From positions 26,922 through 90,921 of the forward strand of contig JAJDDP010000080.1 of the NCBI GenBank assembly GCA_029260235.1: 64,000 nucleotides of DNA, read 5' to 3'. A program made the translations under genes and the position numbers. Position 1 is the stretch's first letter. Every line of letters starts with the position of its first letter. The notes under the pieces are model-generated. The model did not search any database. It was not told where the DNA came from and saw nothing but the letters and a program-made list of their open reading frames with translations. Positions 28,808-38,173 of this stretch are shown here, in pieces. Origin of the DNA: Phycisphaerae bacterium. GTDB taxonomy: Bacteria > Planctomycetota > Phycisphaerae > UBA1845.

Positions 28808-30247
28808 ATGCAAGAATCAACGAGCCAAGCCACAACAGTAGCTAGATCAAATACTCAAGAAACCGGGAGCATCCTGGTCGTCGATGATGACCGGATCATT
28901 CTCGATTCACTGAGCGAGTTCCTGCGATTGGAAGGCTATCGGGTCGAGGGGGCGACGGGCGTCCGCGAAGCCATCTCCATTCTGGAGCGCGAGAAAGTCA
29001 ATGTACTGATCACCGACATCAACATGCCCGAATCAGATGGCTTCGAGATGTTGCAGATACTGCGCAAACGTTTTCCCGACGTCGTGGTCATCATGATCAC
29101 CGGTTATGGCACGATTGAAAGTGCAGTCGAAGCGATCAAACTGGGGGCTTATGACTACCTGACCAAGCCGATTATCGACGACGAGATCCGGCTGGTTGTG
29201 GAGAGGGCATTGAACCAGCAAGCACTAGTTCGCGAAGTGCATACGCTTCGCAAGCAACTGGATATGCGCTTCGGGCTTGATAATGTGGTTGGCCACGACT
29301 ACATGATGCTCAAAGTGTTCGATGTGATCGAGGCAGTGGCAGCATCGAAGGTCACCGTCTTGGTTCAGGGTGAATCGGGCACCGGAAAGTCGATGATCGC
29401 CCGCTGCATCCATCACCGCAGCGATCGAAAATCCAAGCCATTTGTCGAGGTGAGCTGTGGATCGCTTCCCGAATCCCTTCTTGAGAGCGAGCTGTTTGGG
29501 CACGCCCGAGGATCGTTCACCGGCGCGGTTGCCGACAAAATCGGCAAGTTCAAAGCGGCTGATGGGGGCACCATATTCTTGGACGAGATCGCCACCGCTT
29601 CGCAGGCACTGCAGGTCAAGCTTCTTCGCGTCCTCCAAGAAAAACAATTTGAACCCGTCGGGAGCAACAAGACCGAAACAGTAGACCTAAGGGTCATCCT
29701 AGCCACCAATGTTGATCTGGAGGCTGAGATAGCCGCTGGTCGCTTTCGCCAAGACTTGTACTACCGCATCAACGTAGTCAACATCGCCTTGCCGGCCCTT
29801 CGAGAGCGCATCAGTGATGTCGAATTGCTGGCTAAGACTTTCCTGCATAGGTATTGCGGCCAAATGGGCAAAGAACCGCTTTCTCTCACCGAAGAGGCGA
29901 TCCTTTGTTTGCAGCGATATCAATGGCCTGGAAATGTGCGCGAGCTGGAGAACATCATCGAACGGGCCGTCGTGCTGACCAAGAACCGGGCGATCACAAT
30001 CGACGACTTGCCGCCCAAGCTGGTTGCCGAATCAACGGCAGCGCCGGCCCTAGGCGAATCCTACCAACTCAGGTCTCTCAAGGAGGCCTTGGAAGATCCG
30101 GAGAGACGAATCATCGAAGCTGCCCTGAAGGCACACGGTTGGAACCGCCAAGCCACATCCCAGGCGCTAGATATCAATCGCACCACGCTCTACAAGAAAA
30201 TGAAACGATATAGGCTAGACGATGATCCGGTGATGCAGCATTCGTAG
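28808..30247 (+). CDS. Sigma-54-dependent response regulator (NtrC family)
   Basis: ATG at 28808 (MQESTSQ). REC domain (ILVVDDD...LITDINMPESDG...KP). AAA+ domain (GESGTGKS, GSFTGA, ELFGH, FLDEI). C-terminal Fis-type HTH (ALDINRTTLYKKMKRY). Confidence 0.9.
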   Translation: MQESTSQATTVARSNTQETGSILVVDDDRIILDSLSEFLRLEGYRVEGATGVREAISILEREKVNVLITDINMPESDGFEMLQILRKRFPDVVVIMITGYGTIESAVEAIKLGAYDYLTKPIIDDEIRLVVERALNQQALVREVHTLRKQLDMRFGLDNVVGHDYMMLKVFDVIEAVAASKVTVLVQGESGTGKSMIARCIHHRSDRKSKPFVEVSCGSLPESLLESELFGHARGSFTGAVADKIGKFKAADGGTIFLDEIATASQALQVKLLRVLQEKQFEPVGSNKTETVDLRVILATNVDLEAEIAAGRFRQDLYYRINVVNIALPALRERISDVELLAKTFLHRYCGQMGKEPLSLTEEAILCLQRYQWPGNVRELENIIERAVVLTKNRAITIDDLPPKLVAESTAAPALGESYQLRSLKEALEDPERRIIEAALKAHGWNRQATSQALDINRTTLYKKMKRYRLDDDPVMQHS

Positions 30248-30252
30248 CATGT

Positions 30253-30290
30253 CGTCAGCGGCTAGCCGCGACGTTAGGGGCACCCCTGAC
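30253..30290. terminator. Two abutting GC-rich hairpins between convergent genes
   Basis: Hairpin 1 is cgtcaGCGGCtaGCCGCgacg (30253-30273). Hairpin 2 is GTTAGGGGcaCCCCTGAC (30273-30290). They lie between the stops at 30247 (+) and 30304 (-). No U-tract. Confidence 0.4.
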
Positions 30291-30303
30291 GCCAGTCTCA
30301 ATA

Positions 30304-32901
30304 TCATGGATTGCAGTCGATGACCTGATTGAGCGGCTTGTCCAGGACTGGATACTTCTGCCAGTCTGGCGCATCGAAGTGCCACCATTCAGTGGCTAGG
30401 CCTGAGAAACCCTCACGCTCCAAAGCATCGAAGAGGAGCTGCCTATTGCGGCGGCTGAGGGGCGTGCCTCCTGCATAGTCGCGATGGGCGGCCTCAGTGA
30501 AATCGTCATATTCGGTCGGCATTTCCAATTCTAGGCCTTTAATATCAATCAGGGTGACATCGACGGCCGCACCCCGATTGTGCCGCGACCCTTTGGCGGG
30601 GTCAGCTACATAGCGCGGGTCGGGAACTAAAGCCCACATCTTTTTCTGCACCGAGAGCGGTCTGTAGCCATCGTAGATTTTCAGCCCCAGGCCTTCTTTG
30701 ACGAGATGATCCTGCACCCGCTTGAGTCGTCTAGCCACCGAGAGGCGCAACAAACACTTCGCCGTCGGGTAGAGAACTTGCTGGGTGAAGTTGTCGCTCG
30801 TTGCGTAACGAAGGTCGCGCAGTATGCGCGGGTCAATCAACGCCAGATCTACGAGCGGTTCATCGCTGCCGTCAATTGATTCTTGGGTAGCAGGTCCATC
30901 GCTACATGCCGGCAGTAGAACGTAGGCAGTCCCGTGCTTGCGTTGCAGCCACACAGCGTCCAATTCAGCTCGTGAATATGAGCGCGGCACCTCTTCGACA
31001 TTCGGCGCCGCCGGATCATTGACCAGCACGTTCCCCCGTGCATCGAAGCCCGTTATCACCAGCAAGTGCCCGCTGGTTTTTTCGTAGGGTGCGCCGGAAA
31101 GTTGGCCTTGCTCAGCTGTGATCGAGATGATCAGCGGCTGATCCCGGGCGATCAGTCGCTCTACTTCCTGCCAACGGGAGAACCTAGCCAAGTATCCAGG
31201 CACTCCGTACTCGTATGCAGCCTGAACAGCTCGGGGCCAGTTCCCGTACGAATTGCCAGTCTCATCCCAAACGCGGTTAGCCACCGCTTCGGTTGGTCGG
31301 CTAGCACCACGATAAGCCAAGACCATCGCCAGCGACGTCGGGCTACAGATCTTCCCTGATATCTCAGGCCGTTCTACCTTCTGAGTGCGGGCGGGCACAG
31401 CCAACTGCCGCTGCCACAGGTTGGCATCCTCGCTCGGATGATTCTTGCTCGATACAGATGTCAACTGCCCTGTAGTGTCGCTCAGGCATGCAGCAACTCG
31501 CCCAATTCTGATGACTGACGGGACAGCTGACGTAGATTCATCGTCGATGTTATTGACCGCTTCAATCCTGTACTGCAAGCGGTCAAAGATCTGGTCTGAT
31601 ATGAAGTGATCGACATCAATTCTGCCCCCGCCGAATTCGACAATGGGCCTGCCTGGAAAAACGGCCGTCCCCCACTTTGCCAACAACAGATAGGGAGACC
31701 AAAACAGGCTTCGTTTTCGACCAACACGCAGCGCGAGCTGAAAAGTGACATCGGGCGAAGCGTCAACATTGCAGGAGAGAAGAGCTTGATTGAATGAGGC
31801 GTCCGCTTCGATGATCGGCGATTCGTAGATGGCCGCGGATCGTGTCTCTTGTTCAACGGGCCAAGGAGACCAAACGAGGAGCATGCCGTCCTTGTCGCTG
31901 CAGCGCTGTGCGCCCGTGCATGTCCCGCGAGCAAACTCGGTAGGCGTCGAGTGCATCACTAGCTGATGCGCTGTGGGTGCCTCGGATTTTGCCAACGCGG
32001 CGACCGCACGTTCAAGCGAAGCTTGGGTGATCAACTCCGTGTTGTCGAGCGCAGTCTCCATGAGTTCCTTGGCGTTAGGGCGCAGTCGCAAAATCTTGAT
32101 GCCCACAGCCCGCTTGTCATTTTGAAGGTAGCCTATCAGGCTCTGTTCGCGTACGGCCGGTTTTGCCGAGTGCAAGAAGTTGACACTGCCATCCTCAGCC
32201 AAAGCGATCAAGCCCGTATGGCCTGCCCATTGAGAATCCTTGTCGCCGCGGATGATGTTAACAAAGTCAGCGTCCTTGAGTTCAGCCAGGATGGCAGGGA
32301 CTCGGTCCTTGGGAACATAGCTGTCGCAGATGGATTCATCGGGGATGTCCTTGCCCAAACCGAATTTGGCAAAGAATGCAGCCCGGCGGCAGACCTGGTT
32401 CAAGGTGACAGCTGCTTGGCCATCACCCAACCGAGGCGTGACATCCTCAAAGAGGAATCGGTTGTTGTGGTTCCAATCAGCCAGGGTGAAATGATTGCGT
32501 TGGAGCATTCCGATGCGACCATCCTTGTAGCGAAGGCGTTGCAGTGCGTTCAAGAACATCCACCAATCCGACGAGAGGGCCAGCGCGTAGGTGTGCTCGC
32601 AGAAGGTCAGGCAGTCGCTCTTAGCCAGGCAATATATCGGATCAGGATCGAACAACTCGAAGGGATACTCACCCAGTAAGTAGATTTCATACGGTTGACC
32701 GATGTTCTTGCGCCCCAAGGCTACGACCCGGCCCGTCAGGTCGCCGGCTGGCTCAGGCAAATCGCGCAGGTATCGATCCAAATCGGATTCGTTGAACGTG
32801 TAGAGTGGGCGATGCTCCAGATTCGGCGACACATCCGCCGGGCCTGCAATCAACAGGGCAGACGCAAACGCGCACAAGCTTATCGAAACCGCTGTTGACA
32901 T
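30304..32901 (-). CDS. Secreted multidomain cell-wall hydrolase: DUF1460 amidase-like + C39-like peptidase + VanX/DdpX-type D-Ala-D-Ala dipeptidase (M15)
   Basis: 865 aa with a signal peptide (SISLCAFASALLIAG). N-terminal DUF1460-like block: GQPYEIYLLGE...SDCLTFCEHTYALAL. Central C39_2-like block: ICSPTSLAMVLAYRG...GHLLVITGFD. C-terminal M15D signature: YDGYRPLSVQKKMW, SRHNRGAAVDVTL, EWWHFD. Confidence 0.8.
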   Translation of the reverse strand: MSTAVSISLCAFASALLIAGPADVSPNLEHRPLYTFNESDLDRYLRDLPEPAGDLTGRVVALGRKNIGQPYEIYLLGEYPFELFDPDPIYCLAKSDCLTFCEHTYALALSSDWWMFLNALQRLRYKDGRIGMLQRNHFTLADWNHNNRFLFEDVTPRLGDGQAAVTLNQVCRRAAFFAKFGLGKDIPDESICDSYVPKDRVPAILAELKDADFVNIIRGDKDSQWAGHTGLIALAEDGSVNFLHSAKPAVREQSLIGYLQNDKRAVGIKILRLRPNAKELMETALDNTELITQASLERAVAALAKSEAPTAHQLVMHSTPTEFARGTCTGAQRCSDKDGMLLVWSPWPVEQETRSAAIYESPIIEADASFNQALLSCNVDASPDVTFQLALRVGRKRSLFWSPYLLLAKWGTAVFPGRPIVEFGGGRIDVDHFISDQIFDRLQYRIEAVNNIDDESTSAVPSVIRIGRVAACLSDTTGQLTSVSSKNHPSEDANLWQRQLAVPARTQKVERPEISGKICSPTSLAMVLAYRGASRPTEAVANRVWDETGNSYGNWPRAVQAAYEYGVPGYLARFSRWQEVERLIARDQPLIISITAEQGQLSGAPYEKTSGHLLVITGFDARGNVLVNDPAAPNVEEVPRSYSRAELDAVWLQRKHGTAYVLLPACSDGPATQESIDGSDEPLVDLALIDPRILRDLRYATSDNFTQQVLYPTAKCLLRLSVARRLKRVQDHLVKEGLGLKIYDGYRPLSVQKKMWALVPDPRYVADPAKGSRHNRGAAVDVTLIDIKGLELEMPTEYDDFTEAAHRDYAGGTPLSRRNRQLLFDALEREGFSGLATEWWHFDAPDWQKYPVLDKPLNQVIDCNP

Positions 32902-33028
32902 GAAGGCATCCTTGACCGACTGCGCCTGGTCACTGGGGTACTGGCTCCATGGTATCGCCAGAACACTGTGTAGCCCACTGCCTCGTGTTTATGGGTGGTG
33001 GTGTGACGTTGCGGTCAGCGAGCGTGAA

Positions 33029-34255
33029 TCAGTTGAGCAAGCCAAAAGCGAACTGAAAAGTGGCATAGTCACGCAGATCGATGTCCGAATCCAGGTCCTG
33101 ATGGGCGCCTTGGCATGGCGGCGGGGTATTGCTCCCGGGTCCAGTCATGCAGCCCTGAAAGAGGCTATAATCAACCAAGTCAACGTCTCGATCGCCGTCG
33201 ATATCTGCCTGAGGGTCCACGAACCACGGCTGGGTCGTCGAATCGGTCAAGAAGAAGCGGAGCATTGCCGTAGACGCATTATCAACGCCGCGTCCCGAGG
33301 GGTGGGTTCGATCATCCTCACGAAAATCTTCGAGCGACCAGTGAACACCAAGTCCATTGGCAGACTCGCCATTCGACCAAACGTAAGGCCCGTAGCTGAG
33401 CCAGGGGGCGACGACGGGTTGCCCATTGGTAGGGTCGAAGTTCAGATTCCCGAACAAGCCGGTACCGTCGATTTGTGACTCGACCATCCACTTGATGCCA
33501 AAACCTTGCTCGAAAGCAAAAGGTTCCGGGTTGACCGTGCTCAAGGCGTAGCCGCCGTATGATCGGCTCACAAAATAGGCCAACTTGATGTTCGGAAACA
33601 TCAGGCGAAGGTTGCGGGCCATAGTGGAAAAATCTTCGGCCAATGAGCCGGCGTCCCCGGTCGAGCTGCCATCGTCTGCCATACACATCCTTGGCTCACG
33701 ATGGGCAGTCTTGACACAGGCGATCTGCACTTGAAGCCGGGTCAGGCCTGACAGGGACAGGCTGTACATTGGTATCTTCCAGGGGGGCGACAACGGGTCG
33801 GGCGGTACGCTCGCCCATTTCTCAGCCGAGGCACCGCCTATCGCACCATTGACCACAGCCAGCTTGCGGTTCACCAAGCCCAGATCCTGCCATCCCGATG
33901 CCTTGGCAGTGAATGCTTGAGCAGCGGAGTCTGGTTCACCCACCGCTCCGTCTTTCCACTCTTGGATCATGTTGCTAAATCCAATGGAAATAAGCACGAC
34001 CGACCCATTCGGGCTTGGATTTCCAGTTGAACCGAGCGGTACGATCGCGCGGGACAAGGCCAAGCCAGCCGATTCGTGAGCAGGAGGCCTTTGGTTTGAA
34101 CCGCCGGGGTACAGACCCCCTTGGACTTGTTTGTATAAGCCGGGGCCAAGATCGTACAAAGACAAGCCCGGCGAGTCCGGATCACACGGCTGGGCGCCGG
34201 CGAAGCTGGCGATAAGCAAAGTAAAGATCAGCGGAGCTACAAGAACACGCGTCAT
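33029..34255 (-). CDS. Secreted protein with C-terminal dockerin/EF-hand-like repeats
   Basis: Start taken at MTRVLVAPLIFTLLIASFAGA (signal peptide). The C-terminus carries two Ca-binding-type repeats: DIDGDRDVDLVDYSLFQGC and DLDSDIDLRDYATFQFAF. The N-terminal catalytic family is unresolved. Confidence 0.55.
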   Translation of the reverse strand: MTRVLVAPLIFTLLIASFAGAQPCDPDSPGLSLYDLGPGLYKQVQGGLYPGGSNQRPPAHESAGLALSRAIVPLGSTGNPSPNGSVVLISIGFSNMIQEWKDGAVGEPDSAAQAFTAKASGWQDLGLVNRKLAVVNGAIGGASAEKWASVPPDPLSPPWKIPMYSLSLSGLTRLQVQIACVKTAHREPRMCMADDGSSTGDAGSLAEDFSTMARNLRLMFPNIKLAYFVSRSYGGYALSTVNPEPFAFEQGFGIKWMVESQIDGTGLFGNLNFDPTNGQPVVAPWLSYGPYVWSNGESANGLGVHWSLEDFREDDRTHPSGRGVDNASTAMLRFFLTDSTTQPWFVDPQADIDGDRDVDLVDYSLFQGCMTGPGSNTPPPCQGAHQDLDSDIDLRDYATFQFAFGLLN

Positions 34256-34357
34256 TGCCGTCTTTCTGGGATGAGGGCTGCTAAGGATTCTTAGGCTACT
34301 GGCTATTGGGTCCATCGCCGGAGTGCGGGGTTCTCTCCCGGCCCGTTGGCGGGTTTG

Positions 34358-35467
34358 CTAACGGTCAATGTAGCGTATCGCGTGTGCTTTGATCAAGCAA
34401 CAGACGTATTTTCCCGGGGCTAAACCCAATTCGCCGACCGCTTTGCGGCTCAATTCCGCCAGGAGAGGCGTTCCCACATCGATGTCTATGATGGCTTTCC
34501 CAGCATGGTCTGTGATCGACTGAACCTCGCCGCAAAGTTGGTTCTGAATCGACAGCCCACTTATCTCTCGTGAAGCCAAGGCGACGTCTTGAGGCCTGAT
34601 AGCCACATGCAACTCGGCGCCGATGGGACAATCGACTGGTGGACCAAGAAATTCCAGCACATTGCGAATCTCGGCATCCTGGTGCGGGGTGTTGGCCATC
34701 GAGTGGAGTACGGTCAACCCTTCCTCTTTGCGATGCTCAGCCACCCGCACGGCGATCACATTTTCCAATCCTAGTTTGCTAGCCAAGCGGAACACCGCGT
34801 CGTCGCTGATCACCTTGCGGAATCGCCCCGCCCCCAAGAGCCTGCCCTCCTCGAGGACCAGCAGCTCTTCTGTAAGTTGCAAGATTTCTCCGATGTTGTG
34901 GCTAACGTAGAGCATCGGAACTTCAAAGGCGCTCTTGATCTTGCTCAAGTACGGCAAGACCTGAGTCTTTAGGCCTTCATCCAGCGACGATAGCGGTTCA
35001 TCCAAGAGAAGCATCCGCGGAGCGCTCAGCAACGCCCGGGCCAAGGCGACCCGCTGAGCTTGGCCGCCGGAAAGTTGGTCGGGGCGCCGATCCAGCCAGT
35101 TGGCCATATCGAGCACCGAGACGACATCGTCGAAGGGGATGCCCAATCGGCCCGGTTGAGCCTGCTCTGCCCCGTATGCGAGGTTGCCCCGCACCGAATA
35201 GTGGGGAAACAGGCGGCCCTCCTGAAACACGATGGCTAGGCCGCGCAGATGGGCGGGGAGATCAACCCCCCTCGAGGTATCCAAGAGAACTTCATCATCC
35301 AGCACGATCTTCCCCGCGTCCGGCTGGGCCAATCCGGCGATGACATGCAGCAGGCTGGTCTTCCCCGCAGCCGAAGGGCCAAAAACACCCGTAATACGGG
35401 CATTCACTCGGCACTCAAGATCAAGCTTGAACCGGTTGCGACTCCATTGGATCTGAATATCAAGCAT
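34358..35467 (-). CDS. modC: Molybdate ABC transporter ATP-binding protein with C-terminal TOBE/Mop domain
   Basis: Walker A GPSAAGKT, signature LSGGQAQRVALARAL, Walker B LLLDEPLSSLD. A C-terminal extension of about 130 aa follows. It is adjacent to modB/modA. Confidence 0.85.
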   Translation of the reverse strand: MLDIQIQWSRNRFKLDLECRVNARITGVFGPSAAGKTSLLHVIAGLAQPDAGKIVLDDEVLLDTSRGVDLPAHLRGLAIVFQEGRLFPHYSVRGNLAYGAEQAQPGRLGIPFDDVVSVLDMANWLDRRPDQLSGGQAQRVALARALLSAPRMLLLDEPLSSLDEGLKTQVLPYLSKIKSAFEVPMLYVSHNIGEILQLTEELLVLEEGRLLGAGRFRKVISDDAVFRLASKLGLENVIAVRVAEHRKEEGLTVLHSMANTPHQDAEIRNVLEFLGPPVDCPIGAELHVAIRPQDVALASREISGLSIQNQLCGEVQSITDHAGKAIIDIDVGTPLLAELSRKAVGELGLAPGKYVCCLIKAHAIRYIDR

Positions 35468-36167
35468 GCCCCGCCCCCAATCGTTTGGTGGCTTTGCGGG
35501 ACAAGTACTCGGAGATCACTAGGGCCGCCAGTGACAGCAGCACAGAGATCAGCATCAGCCTTAGAGCGGCAGAGTCTCCGCCGGGTGATTGGATGGCCGT
35601 GAAGATTGCCAGGGGCATGGTCCTCGTCTGCCCGGCTATGTTGCCCACGAAGGTGATGGTTGCCCCGAATTCACCGAGGCTTCTGGCGAAGCAGAGAACG
35701 GTCCCAGTGACAATACCTGGCATAGCCAGCGGAAGTGTGATGGTCCTGAACACGCGACCCGGATTTGCTCCCAAATTGGCGGCGGCCTGCTCCAGCCTAG
35801 CGTCCACCAATTCCACGGCCAAGCGGATCGCCCGAACCATCAATGGAAAGCTAACCACAGCCGCAGCCAAGGCAGCGCCCTGCCAAGTGAAGGCCAGTTG
35901 TATCCCGAGCGAATCCTCCAACCACCGGCCGATCAGCCCTTTGCGGCTAAGAGCGGTTAGCAATAAATAGCCAACGACCACCGGGGGGAGCACCAAGGGC
36001 AAATGAAGCACCGCGTCGAGAATGGCTTTGCCCCAGAATTGTTTCCGGGCCAGCAACCAGCCAAAGAACACGCCGGGCGGCAAGCAGCACAGCGTGCTGA
36101 GCAAGCCCACCTTGAGCGAAAGAGCCAGGGCGTTCCATTCCGGAGGTGATAGCCACAACGAATTCAC
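35460..36167 (-). CDS. modB: Molybdate ABC transporter permease
   Basis: 235-aa ORF with an EAA-type loop: EQAAANLGANPGRVFRTITLPLAMPG. Overlaps modC by 8 nt and modA by 4 nt. Confidence 0.9.
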   Translation of the reverse strand: MNSLWLSPPEWNALALSLKVGLLSTLCCLPPGVFFGWLLARKQFWGKAILDAVLHLPLVLPPVVVGYLLLTALSRKGLIGRWLEDSLGIQLAFTWQGAALAAAVVSFPLMVRAIRLAVELVDARLEQAAANLGANPGRVFRTITLPLAMPGIVTGTVLCFARSLGEFGATITFVGNIAGQTRTMPLAIFTAIQSPGGDSAALRLMLISVLLSLAALVISEYLSRKATKRLGAGHA

Positions 36168-37045
36168 GAGGCACCCCGCGATGTTCTCCCTGCCCCAGGC
36201 GACGCCGTGGACGGTTCCCCCAGCCCCTCTGGGGGTGGGTGACGGAATCCGCCATCCAGCACCGCAAAACCGTGACCACGATACACTTCGATGGCTTGTG
36301 GGCCGATCAAGAAGCTTCGCAATTCATTCGATTGCGCTGATGCATGACGGCAACGCCCCAAGCCATACCGGATGGGCGTATGCGAGTCTGCCCTAAGAGT
36401 GCCTACTACGCGGACCTTCGAGGACATGGCTGCGTCGGTCGCATACACGATGCCAGCATTAGCTTGTCCGGTCTCGACCATAGCCAAGGCTGACCGTACA
36501 TCCATGCAGGGCACGATGCGATCCTTCAACTGATCCCACCATCCCATATGGATCAACGCTTCTCGGGCATAGATACCAGCCGGCACATGATCCGGATCGC
36601 CCAGCGCCCACCGACCAGCGACAGCCTCGCCGATAGGAAAGCCCGATTCAATATCAATGGAGACAGCAGAATCGGAAGAAACTATGATCACCAGCGCGTT
36701 GCTAAACAGCACCTGCCACGAATCATCAGCCAAGCATCCCCGCTTGGCCAAGTAGTCAAGCCACTGCGGGTTAGCGCTAATAAACAGATCGCAAGCAGCC
36801 CCATTTTCGATTTGCCGGGCCAGCGTCGATGAAGATGCGACGTTGCACTGCACCCTGATTCCCGAAGCTTGTTCAAACTTGGCGACAAGGTCAGCGACCA
36901 ACTCAGCCGTGCTAGCAGCGGCAAAGAGCATCACCGGCCGATCCTGCTCAGCCGGTTTGCAACCCACCAGCAGCATCGCCAGCAGCGCAATAGCTGCAAC
37001 CGCCGAAGCCTGTCGTAATTCTGGTATCGAGAGCCTCGTCGCCAT
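36164..37045 (-). CDS. modA: Molybdate-binding periplasmic protein
   Basis: Start taken at MATRLSIP (ORF track: 37105). Lipobox-like LLVGC. ModA-like blocks: MLFAAASTAE, FISANPQW, PAGIYAREAL. Confidence 0.85.
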   Translation of the reverse strand: MATRLSIPELRQASAVAAIALLAMLLVGCKPAEQDRPVMLFAAASTAELVADLVAKFEQASGIRVQCNVASSSTLARQIENGAACDLFISANPQWLDYLAKRGCLADDSWQVLFSNALVIIVSSDSAVSIDIESGFPIGEAVAGRWALGDPDHVPAGIYAREALIHMGWWDQLKDRIVPCMDVRSALAMVETGQANAGIVYATDAAMSSKVRVVGTLRADSHTPIRYGLGRCRHASAQSNELRSFLIGPQAIEVYRGHGFAVLDGGFRHPPPEGLGEPSTASPGAGRTSRGAS

Positions 37046-37117
37046 ATCAATCCACAATACGAGGCAACCGTGGGATCGTCCAACGGGCGAAGATACTGAA
37101 TCCAACCTCGCCCTCAG

Positions 37118-38122
37118 TTAGGACTGCGTGGGTTGACGACAATCGTACAAGCGGTGCACGAGTTCAATTGGGAAGTCATGCTGCAGGAGGTTCCTACGCC
37201 ATGATTCTGGAATCCCTTGCTCGCCGTAGAAGGCACCAGCCAACTGACCGTACACGGCTCCAGTCGTATCGGCGTCGTCTCCGAGATTAACGGCCAGCAA
37301 ACAACCATCTCGGAATGTGCTCGTGCGATCAAATGCCCAGAGGGCGGCTTCGAGGGATCTGACGACGTAACCAGAGCCTTTGATGGCTGGCGGCTCACGG
37401 TGACGATACGAGCCTTGGCGAATCTCCTCGATCTCCGGCACGAGCGGGTTGTCTTTCCAATAATCAGGCCTCGGGCCCAGGTTCGGCGAGAGGATCTCAG
37501 GCTTCTCGGTTCCCTCAAGAGCAGCGATGATCAGGCAGGTCATGTATCGGCAAGCATCTACAGCCGACGGCGCACCATGCGTCGTGCGCGAGCTTTCCGC
37601 GGCGCGTTCGATGGCTTCTTCAGGATTGCTAGCGTAAAAAAGAGGCACCGGTGATAAGCGCATGAGCGAGCCGTTGCCCGCGCCTCTCGGATCTGTCGAA
37701 CCACAAAACGGCTGACCCGTTTGTTTGAATCTTGTGAGCGCTTCGCTAACTGTATTGCCGATGTCGAAGCAACTCCCGGTGCCGCTGTAGTGGCCCTCAA
37801 GCCACCATCGAACATAGCGATGGAGTTGGTCCTTGGGATCAAAGCCGTTCCGTTCTACCAGACTCTCAGCAAGGCACAACGCCATCGATGTGTCATCGGT
37901 CCACTGCCCAGGTTCAAGCCCGAATGGGCCGCCGCCGACCATGTCATCAATCGGCTCGAATGAGCCTGGTGCCTGAAACTCCAGGGTAGTGCCGACCGCG
38001 TCCCCGACAGCCAACCCCATCATGCTTCCGATGTAGCGTTCTCTTGTTGTCGCGTCCGGATCAATCAATGGATCACGATTTCCCGCGTCAAAATTCCGCC
38101 GATCGTCGTCACCCGCAAACAC
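37118..38122 (-). CDS. ADP-ribosylglycohydrolase family protein
   Basis: 334-aa ORF with ARH signatures: GLAVGDAVGTTLEF, WTDDTSMALCLAESL, NGSLMRLSPV, GDDADTTGAVYGQLAGAFYG. Confidence 0.85.
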   Translation of the reverse strand: MFAGDDDRRNFDAGNRDPLIDPDATTRERYIGSMMGLAVGDAVGTTLEFQAPGSFEPIDDMVGGGPFGLEPGQWTDDTSMALCLAESLVERNGFDPKDQLHRYVRWWLEGHYSGTGSCFDIGNTVSEALTRFKQTGQPFCGSTDPRGAGNGSLMRLSPVPLFYASNPEEAIERAAESSRTTHGAPSAVDACRYMTCLIIAALEGTEKPEILSPNLGPRPDYWKDNPLVPEIEEIRQGSYRHREPPAIKGSGYVVRSLEAALWAFDRTSTFRDGCLLAVNLGDDADTTGAVYGQLAGAFYGEQGIPESWRRNLLQHDFPIELVHRLYDCRQPTQS

Positions 38123-38173
38123 AGCGTGCAGAGCCGCTAGTTCCCGAGACGGTATTCACCCCCGGTTCTCCGG

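Noticed and set aside
37046-37117. Possible Moco riboswitch upstream of modA
   Set aside because: The available leader is at most 72 nt, which is too short for the roughly 130-nt Moco element. No conserved Moco-motif strings were seen.
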